64,000 bases of DNA, taken from Pirellulales bacterium (GTDB taxonomy: Bacteria > Planctomycetota > Planctomycetia > Pirellulales > PALSA-1355). The position numbers and the translations under genes are program-made. Of the stretch, positions 42,285-52,931 are shown in pieces. Positions within the stretch are counted from its first letter, which is position 1; each line of letters begins with the position of its first letter. Below the pieces are notes generated by a model. It searched no databases. It was not told where the DNA came from and saw only the letters and a list, made by a program, of their open reading frames with translations. The DNA lies in assembly GCA_041741015.1 (NCBI GenBank), contig JBGSKX010000248.1, positions 509 to 64,508 of the forward strand. The letters run 5' to 3'.

Positions 42285-43148
42285 TTAGGACACGCCGTGG
42301 GCCTTGAAAAACGTGAGCAATCGCTTCCAACCGTCCTCGGCATTCGCCTCGCGGTACGTCGGCCGGTAGTCGGCATAGAAGCCGTGCGGTGTGTCGGGAT
42401 AGACGACGATCTCGGCCGGCTTACTGGCGGCCTTGATCGCGCCGCGCATTTTCTCCACGCTCTCGAGCGGGATGCCCGTGTCGGCGCCGCCGTACAGGCC
42501 GAGCACGGGAGCCTTGAGATCACCGGCGATATCGACCGGATGCTTGGGATGCAAGGGATCGGCCACGCCAACCAGCCTGCCATACCAGGCGACGCCTGCC
42601 TTCAGGTTCGGATTGTGCGCTGAGTACAGCCACACGATCCGCCCGCCCCAGCAGAAACCGGTGATTGCCAGCTTCGCCGTGTCAGCGCTGCCGGTTGACT
42701 TGGCCCAGGCGACGGTCGCATCGAGATCGCTCATCACCTGTGCATCAGGTACCTTGGAGACGACGCTACTGATGATCTTGGGGATGTCGGTCATGCCCGA
42801 GACGTCGCCCTGACGCGCATAGAGTTCTGGCGCGACGGCGAAATAGCCTGCCTTGGCGAAGCGGCGGCAGATGTCCTTGATGTGCTCATGAACTCCGAAG
42901 ATTTCCTGCACGACCAGCACCGTGGGAAACGGCCCCTTCCCTTCAGGAAGCGCGCGGTAAGCCGGCATCGCGCCATCCGCGGTCGGCACCTTCACTTCGC
43001 CCGCCACAATGCCCTTCACGTCGGTCGTGATCGTCTCGGCAGAGACGGGCTGCACGGCGAGCGCGAATCCTGTCGCCAGCGTGGTGACCACGAACTCGCG
43101 GCGCGAGAAATCCGATTTGGGCAGCCAGCTTTTGAGATCGTCGTGCAT
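42285..43148 (-). CDS. Dienelactone hydrolase family protein with a Tat-like signal
   Basis: [18 protein letters not shown] twin-arginine-like leader. GFCWGG nucleophile motif. C-terminal HGF. Confidence 0.85.
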   Translation of the reverse strand: MHDDLKSWLPKSDFSRREFVVTTLATGFALAVQPVSAETITTDVKGIVAGEVKVPTADGAMPAYRALPEGKGPFPTVLVVQEIFGVHEHIKDICRRFAKAGYFAVAPELYARQGDVSGMTDIPKIISSVVSKVPDAQVMSDLDATVAWAKSTGSADTAKLAITGFCWGGRIVWLYSAHNPNLKAGVAWYGRLVGVADPLHPKHPVDIAGDLKAPVLGLYGGADTGIPLESVEKMRGAIKAASKPAEIVVYPDTPHGFYADYRPTYREANAEDGWKRLLTFFKAHGVS

Positions 43149-43259
43149 GGTGGGTAGCTCCTGTGGTAACGAGGGACATCTGGCCGGGTTAGCCAGTAAC
43201 CTACAGAACCAGGCGGGGCAAGGCAACTTTGCCAGCGACGCAAGTGCGCACCGGCGCGA

Positions 43260-44336
43260 TCATTCTTTGAACCACAGCATCAAGAGATCAATTGCGAAAA
43301 AGATGACGATCAGAGTCTCAAGCCAGACCATCCGACGATTGTTGATCTCCCCGTCAACGACCGAATAAAGCTCGTCGAGCTGTCCCAGCCGATTCTCGAC
43401 ACTTTGTCGCCACTGGCTCAGATAGAAGCGTTCTGCCGCCGCCAGATAGACCCGCGCCAGGTACCAGTCGCCGATGAACTTGCTGATGTGCGTCACCTCG
43501 TCATTCAGTTTGGTGAGGTCGACGCGGATCAGTCGCAGGGCAGCCAGCGTGCTGGAGTAACGACCAAGAATGCCGTATCGCTGCTTTCCCAGGTCGTCAT
43601 ACGCCCGGTCGAGAAAGCTGTCCAGCCGTTCGTCGATCACCTTGTACTCTTCAAGTTGCAAATTGGCGACCTCCAGCACGTAGAGCTCGTCGTCCAGGTA
43701 ACCGTCGAGTTCGACAACCACCGCGGCGTCCCAGTCGATGATTACTGCGTCCGAGACGTTGTAGCTGCGCGTCACGCGATGCACTTCGCCAACCTGCATG
43801 TCGGAAAGGGTGCCCGAGGGTGCCGCGGCGATGAGTTCCGCGATCTCACGGCGGTGCGCACTGGTCCATGCTCCGGCATCTGTGGCACCACCCAGATCCG
43901 TGAGGCAGAACACCGTGTACGCCTCGGGTTCCGCCAGCTGGGACGGCTCGACCATGGTGTCGCGCAAGCTTCGACACACGTCTTCGCACAATGCGCGTGC
44001 CGCAGTCGAAAGTGGCGTACCGTCGGCCAACTTTGGCTCGTGACAGTTACGCAGTTCGCTGAGCGAACCTACGTCGAATGCGAGTCTCATGACGACCGAG
44101 ACGACGCCAATCTGATAGACGCGGACGAGCGATCGGATCGTTCCGGAACCGAGTGGCGTGGAGTGCGACGATGCCTCGACCGTGAGCGGTCGGTAGATGC
44201 GCAGGTCGCGCGGCAGTGCCGGACTCGTCGGGAGCTCAAATTTCGTCGGCCGGGCCGCTAGAATCTCGCCAACCCGTTCGGTGGCGATTTCATTGGCCAC
44301 GTCAAACGCATAGAGATAGACAATTTCGCCCCGCAT
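43260..44336 (-). CDS. Hypothetical protein with a C-terminal transmembrane anchor (possibly DUF155/RMD1-like)
   Basis: Soluble body, a coiled-coil-like segment, and a terminal helix WLETLIVIFFAIDLLMLWF. It directly follows the upstream gene's stop (TTG at 44363 or ATG at 44336). The family assignment is from memory and tentative. Confidence 0.5.
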   Translation of the reverse strand: MRGEIVYLYAFDVANEIATERVGEILAARPTKFELPTSPALPRDLRIYRPLTVEASSHSTPLGSGTIRSLVRVYQIGVVSVVMRLAFDVGSLSELRNCHEPKLADGTPLSTAARALCEDVCRSLRDTMVEPSQLAEPEAYTVFCLTDLGGATDAGAWTSAHRREIAELIAAAPSGTLSDMQVGEVHRVTRSYNVSDAVIIDWDAAVVVELDGYLDDELYVLEVANLQLEEYKVIDERLDSFLDRAYDDLGKQRYGILGRYSSTLAALRLIRVDLTKLNDEVTHISKFIGDWYLARVYLAAAERFYLSQWRQSVENRLGQLDELYSVVDGEINNRRMVWLETLIVIFFAIDLLMLWFKE

Positions 44337-44363
44337 AGATGAATTACCGAGATTGCTTCGCAA

Positions 44364-46427
44364 TCAATTTGTGGCCGCGGCCGCCGAAGTCGTCTTCGCG
44401 GGCTTCTCACGCGGCTTATCCTCGTCGCGCGCTCCAGGCAACTCCCCTACTCCGCCGCCGGGAATACTGAAACGGCGCCCGCCGAACAGCTTGCCGGCCT
44501 CTTCCATGATGTGATTGCGGGCCGTGTCATCGAGATCGGCCGTGCGCCAGTCGCGCAACAGCGAGGTGATAAGTGCTCCCTGGAGTTTACGTTCGTCATT
44601 CGGATTGTCGACGATCAGCTGAAAGATGCCGAAGCACATTTCGTCGGAGCTGCCGTTGCCGAAGAAGACTCGTTCCGGCGGACTACTGGGGTTCAATTCA
44701 TTCTCAGGCGAATTGTCGTAACGACACTCCACGTCGAGCTTCGTGCCGGCCGGAAGCTTCTTCGGTTCGTGATAAACGTAATTGTCCTGCCAGTAGAAGT
44801 TCCAATCCTTGATCCACATCAGGTGTTCCTGGTGGCCGTCCGGGAAGGTGGCCGTGATCTTCATTTCCTTGCCAATCAGGTGCATGTGCGGCAGGAGTGA
44901 AATCAAGGTGATGTCCGCCGGCAGCGTGATCGAGGAACGAATCATGTGGTCGGACTTGCCGGCCGGGATGTCGATCAAAATTGAACCGACTACAAACGGA
45001 CTGCGCGACATTTTGCGCGCCACTGGTTTATCGGAAAAATAGAGCGCGACGCTCGAACGATCGATTTCCTGTTTGCCGCTAGGATGCAGATGCAACTGCA
45101 GCACGAGGTCGGTCCCCTTACGCACATCCATGCCGGCATTCTGCGGATAGAACCGCGGCGTCATGCCCGGCGTCCAGACGCCCACGATGCCTGCCGTCGG
45201 AATGCCGACCGAACCGAAGGTTACATACCCGGGCTCAGGAGTTTCAGCATCCTTCTCTCGGCCGCGACCCGAGTTATCAAGAAACAGAATCGCGTGATGC
45301 ACGACCGCCGGATTCCCGGGGCGGAACTCGAACCCGACGATCGTCTTGTCCTCGGGGATATCAATGGGAATGATCCAGTGCTGGAAGATGTCCTCTCCGT
45401 CGGCTGGCACTGTGATCGAATCGGGGGCCACCAGTTCCAGGTCAGGCTTACCCAACCGCCAACCATCCGCGAACGTCGGCATTGGCGGGAGGTCGTCCGT
45501 ACTGCCTTCCGGAGCGCCGGCTTTGGCCCAGCGATCGAAGAGTGCGATCTGGGCATCGGTCAATCGCCGCTCACCCAGAAATCGAGAGTGTCCGATCTCG
45601 GCCTGCCAGGGTGGCATTGATCGCCCGGCAGTGATCTCGGCCAGAAACTCGGCACGCTTCGCGGCATCCTCAAAGGTCAGCAACGAGAATGGCGCCACTT
45701 CGCCCGGCCGGTGGCACTCAACGCAGTTCGCGGCTAGCACCGGCGCGATGTCGCGCGTGTAGGTGACCCCGTGCTCGAGGTCCGCCGGGGGCTCTTCGAA
45801 CGGACATCCGACCGGCGTCGTCTGGGCAACTTCAATCTTCTGATCCGCGGCCACGGCCTGGATCGCATCCGCCAGGTCGTGCGTCGTGGGCTGTGGACGC
45901 CGCTTGCCAACTTCGGGATATCGGTCGTCGATCCGTCCTCGATACCTCACTTGACTGTGGGTGTCGACCACAAATGCTTCCGGCACGTGCGTCGGCTTGA
46001 GCACCTCGGCGATCTCGCCCGAGGCGTCGAACAGGACCGGAAACTCAATCTCGAACTCTTGCTGAAACTTGATCGCCGCGGCGCGCGTCGTCGTGGGATC
46101 AGAGATGACGCCGAGCAACTTGACCGGCTGATCTGAGAGGCTCTTATGCAGGCGATTGAGCTCGGGAATGAAGCCGCGCGCAATCGGACACTCGGTCGAG
46201 ATGAATACGAGTGCAACGCCTTTGAGCCCCTCTTCGCTGCCGATGCGATGCACCCGGCCTTCGAGATCGAGCGCGGTCAGGAAACGCACGGGCGGAATCT
46301 CAGTTTCATCGCTGCCCGCAGCCGGACATATCGCCAGAATGAGCAACAACGAAGTCACGGCCAGTCCTATGGCGCGAAACCACTCTCCGAACTTCTGCAA
46401 GCCATCCATGGGTAGCACCTTGATCAT
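44364..46427 (-). CDS. Paralogue of the 2953-5364 protein: redoxin (TECPIA), CxxCH haem motif and PHM/DBH-like copper monooxygenase-like domain
   Basis: Anchor/signal helix. CVECHRPGEVAPFSLLTFEDA. Candidate ligand set VHHAILFLD, LHLHPSG, LPHMHLIGKE and SSDEMCFGIF. Confidence 0.7.
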   Translation of the reverse strand: MIKVLPMDGLQKFGEWFRAIGLAVTSLLLILAICPAAGSDETEIPPVRFLTALDLEGRVHRIGSEEGLKGVALVFISTECPIARGFIPELNRLHKSLSDQPVKLLGVISDPTTTRAAAIKFQQEFEIEFPVLFDASGEIAEVLKPTHVPEAFVVDTHSQVRYRGRIDDRYPEVGKRRPQPTTHDLADAIQAVAADQKIEVAQTTPVGCPFEEPPADLEHGVTYTRDIAPVLAANCVECHRPGEVAPFSLLTFEDAAKRAEFLAEITAGRSMPPWQAEIGHSRFLGERRLTDAQIALFDRWAKAGAPEGSTDDLPPMPTFADGWRLGKPDLELVAPDSITVPADGEDIFQHWIIPIDIPEDKTIVGFEFRPGNPAVVHHAILFLDNSGRGREKDAETPEPGYVTFGSVGIPTAGIVGVWTPGMTPRFYPQNAGMDVRKGTDLVLQLHLHPSGKQEIDRSSVALYFSDKPVARKMSRSPFVVGSILIDIPAGKSDHMIRSSITLPADITLISLLPHMHLIGKEMKITATFPDGHQEHLMWIKDWNFYWQDNYVYHEPKKLPAGTKLDVECRYDNSPENELNPSSPPERVFFGNGSSDEMCFGIFQLIVDNPNDERKLQGALITSLLRDWRTADLDDTARNHIMEEAGKLFGGRRFSIPGGGVGELPGARDEDKPREKPAKTTSAAAATN

Positions 46428-46569
46428 GTCCGGTCGCTCCGAGAAACTGGCAAGGGATAGCGGAAAGGTAGCGCATGGCGACACCATCGCTAAGGCGCAA
46501 TGTACCCGTCGAGGCGGAAATCACCAAATCCGCCTGTTAAGAGTTGATGCAGGCGCAGACGCTCGCCAG

Positions 46570-48717
46570 CTAGAGTGTGGGCTTAAGGTTCAGCACTCGG
46601 ACCAGAAATGCCCACTTATCGGCCGCTTCCTCGATGATCTTGGCCGTGGGCTTACCCGCCCCGTGGCCGGCGCGGGTTTCGATCCGAATCAAGACGGGAT
46701 TATCGCAACCTTGCGCTTGCTGCAGCGCTGCGGCAAACTTAAAGCTATGCGCCGGCACCACGCGATCGTCATGATCGGCTGTCGTAATCATGGTCGGCGG
46801 ATAGCACGCTCCCGATTTCACGTTGTGCAGCGGCGAGTACTTCAGCAGAGCCGGAAACTCCTCCGCGTTGTCGCTCGAGCCGTAATCGTCGACCCAGGCG
46901 TGGCCGATCGTGAACTTGTGAAACCTGAGCATGTCGAGCACGCCCACCGCCGGCAAAGCGGCACCGTACAGATCGGGCCGCTGGGTCAGGCAGGCCCCCA
47001 CCAGCAGACCGCCATTCGATCCGCCGCCGATGGCCAGCTTCTTTGCCTGCGTGTAGTTGTTCTCGATCAGCCACTCGGCCGCGCCGATGAAGTCGTCAAA
47101 AACGTTCTGCTTCTGAGCCTTGGTGCCGGCCTTGTGCCACTCCTCGCCGTATTCGCCACCGCCGCGCAAATTCGGCACCGCGAACACACCACCCATTTCC
47201 ATCCAGACGAGGTTCGAAACGCTGAACGCCGGCGTGAGCGAGATGTTGAACCCGCCATAGCCATACAGGAATGTGGGCGCGCTGCCGTCCTTCTTCAGTC
47301 CCTTCTTATAGCTGATGAACATCGGGACGCGCGTCCCGTCCTTGCTCTTATAAAACACCTGTTCGGTGGTGTAGTCGTCCGGATTGAAGTCGACTTCCGG
47401 CGCCTTGTAAACCGTGCTCTTGCCGCTGGCGATGTCGTAGCGGTAGATCGTCGTGGGCGTGGTGAACGAAGCGAAGCTATAGAAGGTCGCGGTGTCTTCG
47501 TTCTTGCCCGAAAAGCCGGTTGCGGTGCCCAGCCCGGGGAGTTTTACCTCGCTGAGCAGCTTGCCGGCCGTGTCGAACACCTTGACCTGCGATCGGGCGT
47601 CTTTGAGATAGTTAACGAGCAACTTGCCGCCCACCAGATCGCTCGTGAGCAAGACTTCTTCCGCTTCGGGAATGATCTCCTGCCAGTTCTTCTCCTCCGG
47701 CCTGGTAATGTCGATCGCAACGATCCGGCTGCGTGGCGCATTGCGATTCGTCTGGAAGAAGAACTTTGGTCCGTCATTGTCGATGAGCTGATATCCGGCG
47801 TCGAAGTTGTCGATCAATGCGACAATTTTCGCCTGCGGATCCTGCAGATCCTTGTAGAGCACCATGTTTACGTCATCGGTGCTCTTGGAAACGGAGATCA
47901 CCAGGTACCGGCCATCGTCGGTGACCGCGCTGCTGAACATCCACTCCTTGTGCTCGGTCGACTCATAGATCAACTGATCTTCAGCCTGCGGCGTGCCCAA
48001 CTTGTGGTAGTACAGCTTCTGAAAATAGTTCGTCGCTTGCAGATCCTCGCCTTCCTTCGGCTCGGGATATCGACCGTAGAAAAATCCGGAACCGTCTTTG
48101 GTCCAGGCAGCGCCCGAGAACTTGCTCCACTTGACCAGGTCGCTGGTGTCTTTGCCGGTGGCCACATCGCGAACGTGCCAGGTGATCCAGTCAGAACCTG
48201 CGTCGGCGAGCGAGTACGCCAATTTCGAACCATCGAAGCTCACCGATAAACCAGCAAGCGCCACCGTGCCGTCTTTGGATAACCCATTCGGATCCAACAG
48301 TTCGCGCGGCTTGCCGTCGAGCGAATCCGTCGTGTAGAGCACGCTTTGATTCTGCAGCCCACTATTTCGCAGATAGAAGTATCGCCCGCCGTCCTCGAAC
48401 GGCACCGAGAACTTCTCGAAGTCCCACAGCTTGGTCAGTCGCTGTTTCAGCGGCTCACGCTGGGGAATCTCCTCCAGGAAGCCGAACGTGATCTTGTTTT
48501 CGGCCTCGATCCAGGCGCGGCTTTCCGGCGAATCAGGATCCTCCAGCGGCCGGAACGGATCGGGCACTTTCGTACCGTGATAGTCTTCGACAACGTCGCC
48601 GCTAGGAGCCGTCGGGTAAGTAAACGCTTTCGCCTTGGCTTCGGCCGCGCTGGCCCTGACTTCGTGCATGCTGATCACAATCGTGCAAAGGGTGAGGACC
48701 GCGTAGCGAAGGCTCAT
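46570..48717 (-). CDS. Prolyl oligopeptidase (S9A family)
   Basis: Signal peptide, a beta-propeller region, and the catalytic GGSNGGLLVG motif with a downstream D and H. Confidence 0.9.
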   Translation of the reverse strand: MSLRYAVLTLCTIVISMHEVRASAAEAKAKAFTYPTAPSGDVVEDYHGTKVPDPFRPLEDPDSPESRAWIEAENKITFGFLEEIPQREPLKQRLTKLWDFEKFSVPFEDGGRYFYLRNSGLQNQSVLYTTDSLDGKPRELLDPNGLSKDGTVALAGLSVSFDGSKLAYSLADAGSDWITWHVRDVATGKDTSDLVKWSKFSGAAWTKDGSGFFYGRYPEPKEGEDLQATNYFQKLYYHKLGTPQAEDQLIYESTEHKEWMFSSAVTDDGRYLVISVSKSTDDVNMVLYKDLQDPQAKIVALIDNFDAGYQLIDNDGPKFFFQTNRNAPRSRIVAIDITRPEEKNWQEIIPEAEEVLLTSDLVGGKLLVNYLKDARSQVKVFDTAGKLLSEVKLPGLGTATGFSGKNEDTATFYSFASFTTPTTIYRYDIASGKSTVYKAPEVDFNPDDYTTEQVFYKSKDGTRVPMFISYKKGLKKDGSAPTFLYGYGGFNISLTPAFSVSNLVWMEMGGVFAVPNLRGGGEYGEEWHKAGTKAQKQNVFDDFIGAAEWLIENNYTQAKKLAIGGGSNGGLLVGACLTQRPDLYGAALPAVGVLDMLRFHKFTIGHAWVDDYGSSDNAEEFPALLKYSPLHNVKSGACYPPTMITTADHDDRVVPAHSFKFAAALQQAQGCDNPVLIRIETRAGHGAGKPTAKIIEEAADKWAFLVRVLNLKPTL

Positions 48718-48912
48718 ATCGATGTTGCTCCCGAATGTTCGAGGGGGCGAATGGCGGCTGTTACTTGTGCGACTGAAAATATAGCATTCAGAGCGGGGCG
48801 TAACAGGCAGTTCCTCCTGCTTGTCCGCCAGGAAGTGCTTGCATGAGGCGGCACGGTAGTGCATCCTGAAACCGCCAGAGCCCCCGACCAGCCGCTAGCA
48901 GGAGACATCCCC

Positions 48913-50400
48913 ATGCCCCGTCCTATTAGCTACGTGATATGCCTGCTGCTGTTCACCGGGGCCGGTTTGGCTTGTGCCGCCGCCCCGGAAAAGCCGGCCG
49001 GCAAATACAACGTCCTGTTCCTGATCGCCGACGACCTGAACTGCGACCTGGCCTGTTACGGCCACCCCCTGGTCAAGTCGCCGAACATCGACCGGCTCGC
49101 TTCTCGTGGCATGCTCTTCGAGCGAACTTACTGCCAGTTCCCGCTCTGCGGACCAAGTCGGGCGTCGTTTCTGTGCGGCCTGTATCCCGATCAGACGCTC
49201 GTTCGACAAAACGCAGTCTTCGTTCGAGATCGAGTGCCGAACGTACTGACGATGCCGCAGCATTTCCGAAATCACGGCTACTCGCCGGTCCGCGTCGGCA
49301 AGCTGTACCACTACGGCGTGCCTGGCACGATTGGCACCGACGGTCACGACGACGCCCCCTCGTGGGATCGCGTGTTCAATCCCCGCGGGCGCGACAAAGA
49401 CGACGAGTCCAAGGTCTTCACGCTCGTACCGGGGCAATACGGTGGCACGCTTAGCTGGTTAGCCGCCGATGGGACCGATGCCGAGCAGACCGATGGCATT
49501 GGCGCCGCCCACGCCGTGACGCTGCTCGAAGAGTTTGCCAACAGCGAAACGCCGTTCTTCCTGGCCGTGGGTTTCTATCGACCGCACACGCCATATGTCT
49601 CGCCAAAGAAGTACTTCGACCTGTATCCGCGCGACAAGATCGAGCCGCCAAGCGTTCCGGAAAATTACCTGAGCACTCTGCCTCAGCCATGCGTCGATGC
49701 GCTCGGAGCCAAGAAGGTCAACATCGACCTGCCCGACGAGACCAAACGCGAGGCGATGCAGGCCTACTACGCTTCGATCACATTCATGGATGCCCAGGTC
49801 GGCCACGTGCTCGAAGCACTTGAGCGGGTGGGACTGGCCGACAACACGATCGTGCTCATGACCAGCGACCACGGCTACCACATGGGCGAGCATGGACACT
49901 TCCAGAAGATGACGCTGTTTGAGAACGCCGCCCGCGTGCCGCTGATCATTTCGGTGCCCGGTATGAAGAACGCCGGCAGCCGTTCGAAGTCCATCGTCGA
50001 GATGGTGGATTACTTGCCGACGCTCGCCGAACTTTGCGGTCTCTCGGCTCCGCCGGCCAAGGCGGGCATCAGTCAGGCAGCGGTGATTGCGGATGCGGCC
50101 CAGGTCCCGCGCTCGGCCGCCCTGACGCAACATCGCGACGGTTACTCGCTCCGCACAGATCGTTATCGCTACACCGAGTGGGGACCTGAAGGCCGCGATG
50201 GCGCCGAACTCTACGACCACCAGACCGATCCCACCGAGATGAGCAATCTCGCCGGCCAAGCCGAACTCGCCGAGACAATCTCAGGTCTCAAGAAGCAGTT
50301 ACACGAGCGAGTCGCCGCGGCGCGCGTCGTACCGGAGGGGCTGGAGCAGCTCGTCGTCGAGGAACCGCGCCGAGGCAAGCGCAAGGCGAAAGGCGGTTAG
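48913..50400 (+). CDS. Sulfatase (iduronate-2-sulfatase-like)
   Basis: Signal peptide. FLIADDLNCDLACYGH. Formylglycine motif CGPSRASFLCG. Confidence 0.9.
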   Translation: MPRPISYVICLLLFTGAGLACAAAPEKPAGKYNVLFLIADDLNCDLACYGHPLVKSPNIDRLASRGMLFERTYCQFPLCGPSRASFLCGLYPDQTLVRQNAVFVRDRVPNVLTMPQHFRNHGYSPVRVGKLYHYGVPGTIGTDGHDDAPSWDRVFNPRGRDKDDESKVFTLVPGQYGGTLSWLAADGTDAEQTDGIGAAHAVTLLEEFANSETPFFLAVGFYRPHTPYVSPKKYFDLYPRDKIEPPSVPENYLSTLPQPCVDALGAKKVNIDLPDETKREAMQAYYASITFMDAQVGHVLEALERVGLADNTIVLMTSDHGYHMGEHGHFQKMTLFENAARVPLIISVPGMKNAGSRSKSIVEMVDYLPTLAELCGLSAPPAKAGISQAAVIADAAQVPRSAALTQHRDGYSLRTDRYRYTEWGPEGRDGAELYDHQTDPTEMSNLAGQAELAETISGLKKQLHERVAAARVVPEGLEQLVVEEPRRGKRKAKGG

Positions 50401-50404
50401 CAGC

Positions 50405-51922
50405 ATGCTGCGTATTGTAGTCCAAACGTGCGTGACGGTTGCCATCATCTGCGTGACGCTGATCGCGCACGGCTCGGCCAGCGAACTCGCCGGTTCGCGA
50501 CCGAACATCATCCTCGTGATGACCGACGATCAAGGTTATGGCGACCTGGCCTGCCACGGCAATCCGCTGATCAAGACGCCGCACCTCGACCGCCTGTATG
50601 CCGAGAGCTTGCGGTTTACCGATTTCCAGGTCAGCCCCACCTGCGCGCCGACTCGCTGTTCGCTGATGACCGGTCGGCACGAGTTCAAGTCGGGCGTTAC
50701 ACACACGATCCTCGAACGCGAACGCATGGGCCTCGCGGCGACAACATTGCCTCAGGTACTGAGGTCCGCCGGCTACCCGACGGGTATCTTCGGCAAGTGG
50801 CATCTGGGCGACGAGGACGCCTATCAGCCGGGCAAACGCGGCTTCGACGAAGTTTACATTCACGGCGCGGGCGGCATCGGGCAAACCTATCCCGGAAGTT
50901 GTGGCGATGCGCCGGGCAACGAGTACTTCAACCCAGCCATCCGTCACAACGGCACGTTCGTGAAGACCGAGGGTTATTGCACCGATCTGTTCTTCGGCCA
51001 GGCGTTACGCTGGATCGAATCACAGCATGCCGCGAAGCAGCCATTCTTCGCTTATATCACACCCAACGCTCCGCACAGCCCGCTAGTCAGCCCCGGCCCA
51101 AAGTACGACGCCTTGTACGCGGGCAAGTCCATTGGCGGCAAACCACTCGATGCCGGCTCCGTCGCCTACTACGCGATGATCTCGAACATCGACGACAATG
51201 TCGGCCTGCTGCTGGCAAAGCTCGATGAACTGCAGATTGCTGGCGACACGCTGGTGATCTTCCAATCCGACAATGGCGGAACGCACACGCAGCTCTTTAG
51301 CGCCGGGATGCGGGCCGGCAAGAATTCGCCGTACGAAGGCGGAACGCATGTGCCGTGTTTCTGGCGCTGGCCCGGTAAGCTAACGGCCGGAGTCGACGTC
51401 GATCGGCTGACGGCGCACATCGACTATTTGCCTACGCTTGCCGCTTTAACCGGCGCGGAGTTGCCGGCGGATGTGAAGGTCGACGGCCAGAGCCTGCTAC
51501 CACTGCTCGCGAATCCCCAAGCCGATTGGCCCGATCGCTACCTCTTTATCCACCAGGGTCGCTGGCCGCGAGGTGAGGCCGATTCGGCCAGGTTCACAGG
51601 CTGTGCCGTGCGCAATGAGCGGTTCCGCTTCGTGAACAACTCGGAGCTGTACGACCTGGCCGTCGATCCGGGCGAAACGACCAACGTCATCGACCAGCAC
51701 TCGGACGTGGTCGCCGCGATGCGCACGGCGTACGACGCCTGGTGGCAGGAAGCCCGGGCCGGCATGGTGAACGAAGATGCCGTGGGCCCGGACGTGAATC
51801 CATTCAAAGCGGCCTACTGGGCCCAGTTCGCGCTGACGCCCGACCCGAAGCTGCTGGAGCAGATGAAGTGGACCGGCGCGGCGAAGCTCAACGGCCGTCC
51901 GCCGCGCCGCAAGCAGCGGTGA
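50405..51922 (+). CDS. Arylsulfatase
   Basis: Signal peptide. ILVMTDDQGYGDLACHGN. Formylglycine motif CAPTRCSLMTG. It starts 5 nt after the previous sulfatase. Confidence 0.9.
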   Translation: MLRIVVQTCVTVAIICVTLIAHGSASELAGSRPNIILVMTDDQGYGDLACHGNPLIKTPHLDRLYAESLRFTDFQVSPTCAPTRCSLMTGRHEFKSGVTHTILERERMGLAATTLPQVLRSAGYPTGIFGKWHLGDEDAYQPGKRGFDEVYIHGAGGIGQTYPGSCGDAPGNEYFNPAIRHNGTFVKTEGYCTDLFFGQALRWIESQHAAKQPFFAYITPNAPHSPLVSPGPKYDALYAGKSIGGKPLDAGSVAYYAMISNIDDNVGLLLAKLDELQIAGDTLVIFQSDNGGTHTQLFSAGMRAGKNSPYEGGTHVPCFWRWPGKLTAGVDVDRLTAHIDYLPTLAALTGAELPADVKVDGQSLLPLLANPQADWPDRYLFIHQGRWPRGEADSARFTGCAVRNERFRFVNNSELYDLAVDPGETTNVIDQHSDVVAAMRTAYDAWWQEARAGMVNEDAVGPDVNPFKAAYWAQFALTPDPKLLEQMKWTGAAKLNGRPPRRKQR

Positions 51923-51953
51923 CCTGCCAGCGTGTGACGCTCATCTGTCAGGC

Positions 51954-52931
51954 CTACCGCGACATGTTCCGCGATGGCGACTGGGCGTAGCTGCCCGAGT
52001 AGTACAGGGCCGCGTCGTCGATGATCCACGGCGTCGACCAGTTACCGTTGTCGCCGCTGCACACGTTGAAGAAGAACGTGTCCAGATGTTCGGCACGGTA
52101 GCCGTACGGGAACTGCGACGTAATTCGATCGCTCGAGGTCAAATCTTCGACGCCTGGCCTGGCGAAATAATGCACCGACCCATCCGGCGTGAACGACATG
52201 CCCAAAGTCCACCAGCCGACTTCGTCGATCTTGGGGCCGATGAAGTCGTGGCCCATGCCGTTGCCGCGGACCACGATCGCCGCGCCGTCCGGCCGCTTGT
52301 CGCCATCGCCGGGATGGAACTGAATGAACATCCCAGGCCAATAGGTTTCCATTTTCATCGAGCTGCTGCTGCCGCCGAAGATGCCCTTCTTCTTCTCCGA
52401 CTTGCGGATGTGGGTGGTGCAGGCCGCGCGGAACCCGAAGCTCGGGCCGCGGCGTTCTTCCCACTCTTCCCAAGGCGGCAAGTACACGCGGACCACGACG
52501 CTCGGCGAGCGTGATACCGGAATCATCCCGCGCAGCCGGCTGCTGGTATTCACGATGAAGTCGTCCTGCTCCATCTTGTAGCTGTAGCGGCCGGGAACGC
52601 CCGTCTGCCGCGAAACCATCAGCAGCGCGCCTTCGCTGCCTTCCAAACCACCTTCCGGCGTCGGCACGCGTTTCACCACGTCGGGATGCCCGCGCATGAT
52701 CCCTTCGAACCAGCGGCCGTTCTTCGACTGTCCCGTGGGAAACCGCTTCTGCTTGTCGTTCTCGTCGCTGCTCTTGGGATTGTTGGGGATGTACGTCCAC
52801 TCGGGATCTTCGAACGTATCGCCGACCTGGGTGATTCGCTGACCGGTCCCCGGCACGGGCACCTGGGCATAAGCCGCGCAAGGTGCAAGACACAGTCCTA
52901 GAACGAGGAGCTTCGAGCGCAGAGAATCCAT
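51954..52931 (-). CDS. Secreted hypothetical protein
   Basis: Signal peptide MDSLRSKLLVLGLCLAPCAAYAQ. A 325-aa ORF, beta-rich by eye. No motif recognised. Confidence 0.55.
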   Translation of the reverse strand: MDSLRSKLLVLGLCLAPCAAYAQVPVPGTGQRITQVGDTFEDPEWTYIPNNPKSSDENDKQKRFPTGQSKNGRWFEGIMRGHPDVVKRVPTPEGGLEGSEGALLMVSRQTGVPGRYSYKMEQDDFIVNTSSRLRGMIPVSRSPSVVVRVYLPPWEEWEERRGPSFGFRAACTTHIRKSEKKKGIFGGSSSSMKMETYWPGMFIQFHPGDGDKRPDGAAIVVRGNGMGHDFIGPKIDEVGWWTLGMSFTPDGSVHYFARPGVEDLTSSDRITSQFPYGYRAEHLDTFFFNVCSGDNGNWSTPWIIDDAALYYSGSYAQSPSRNMSR

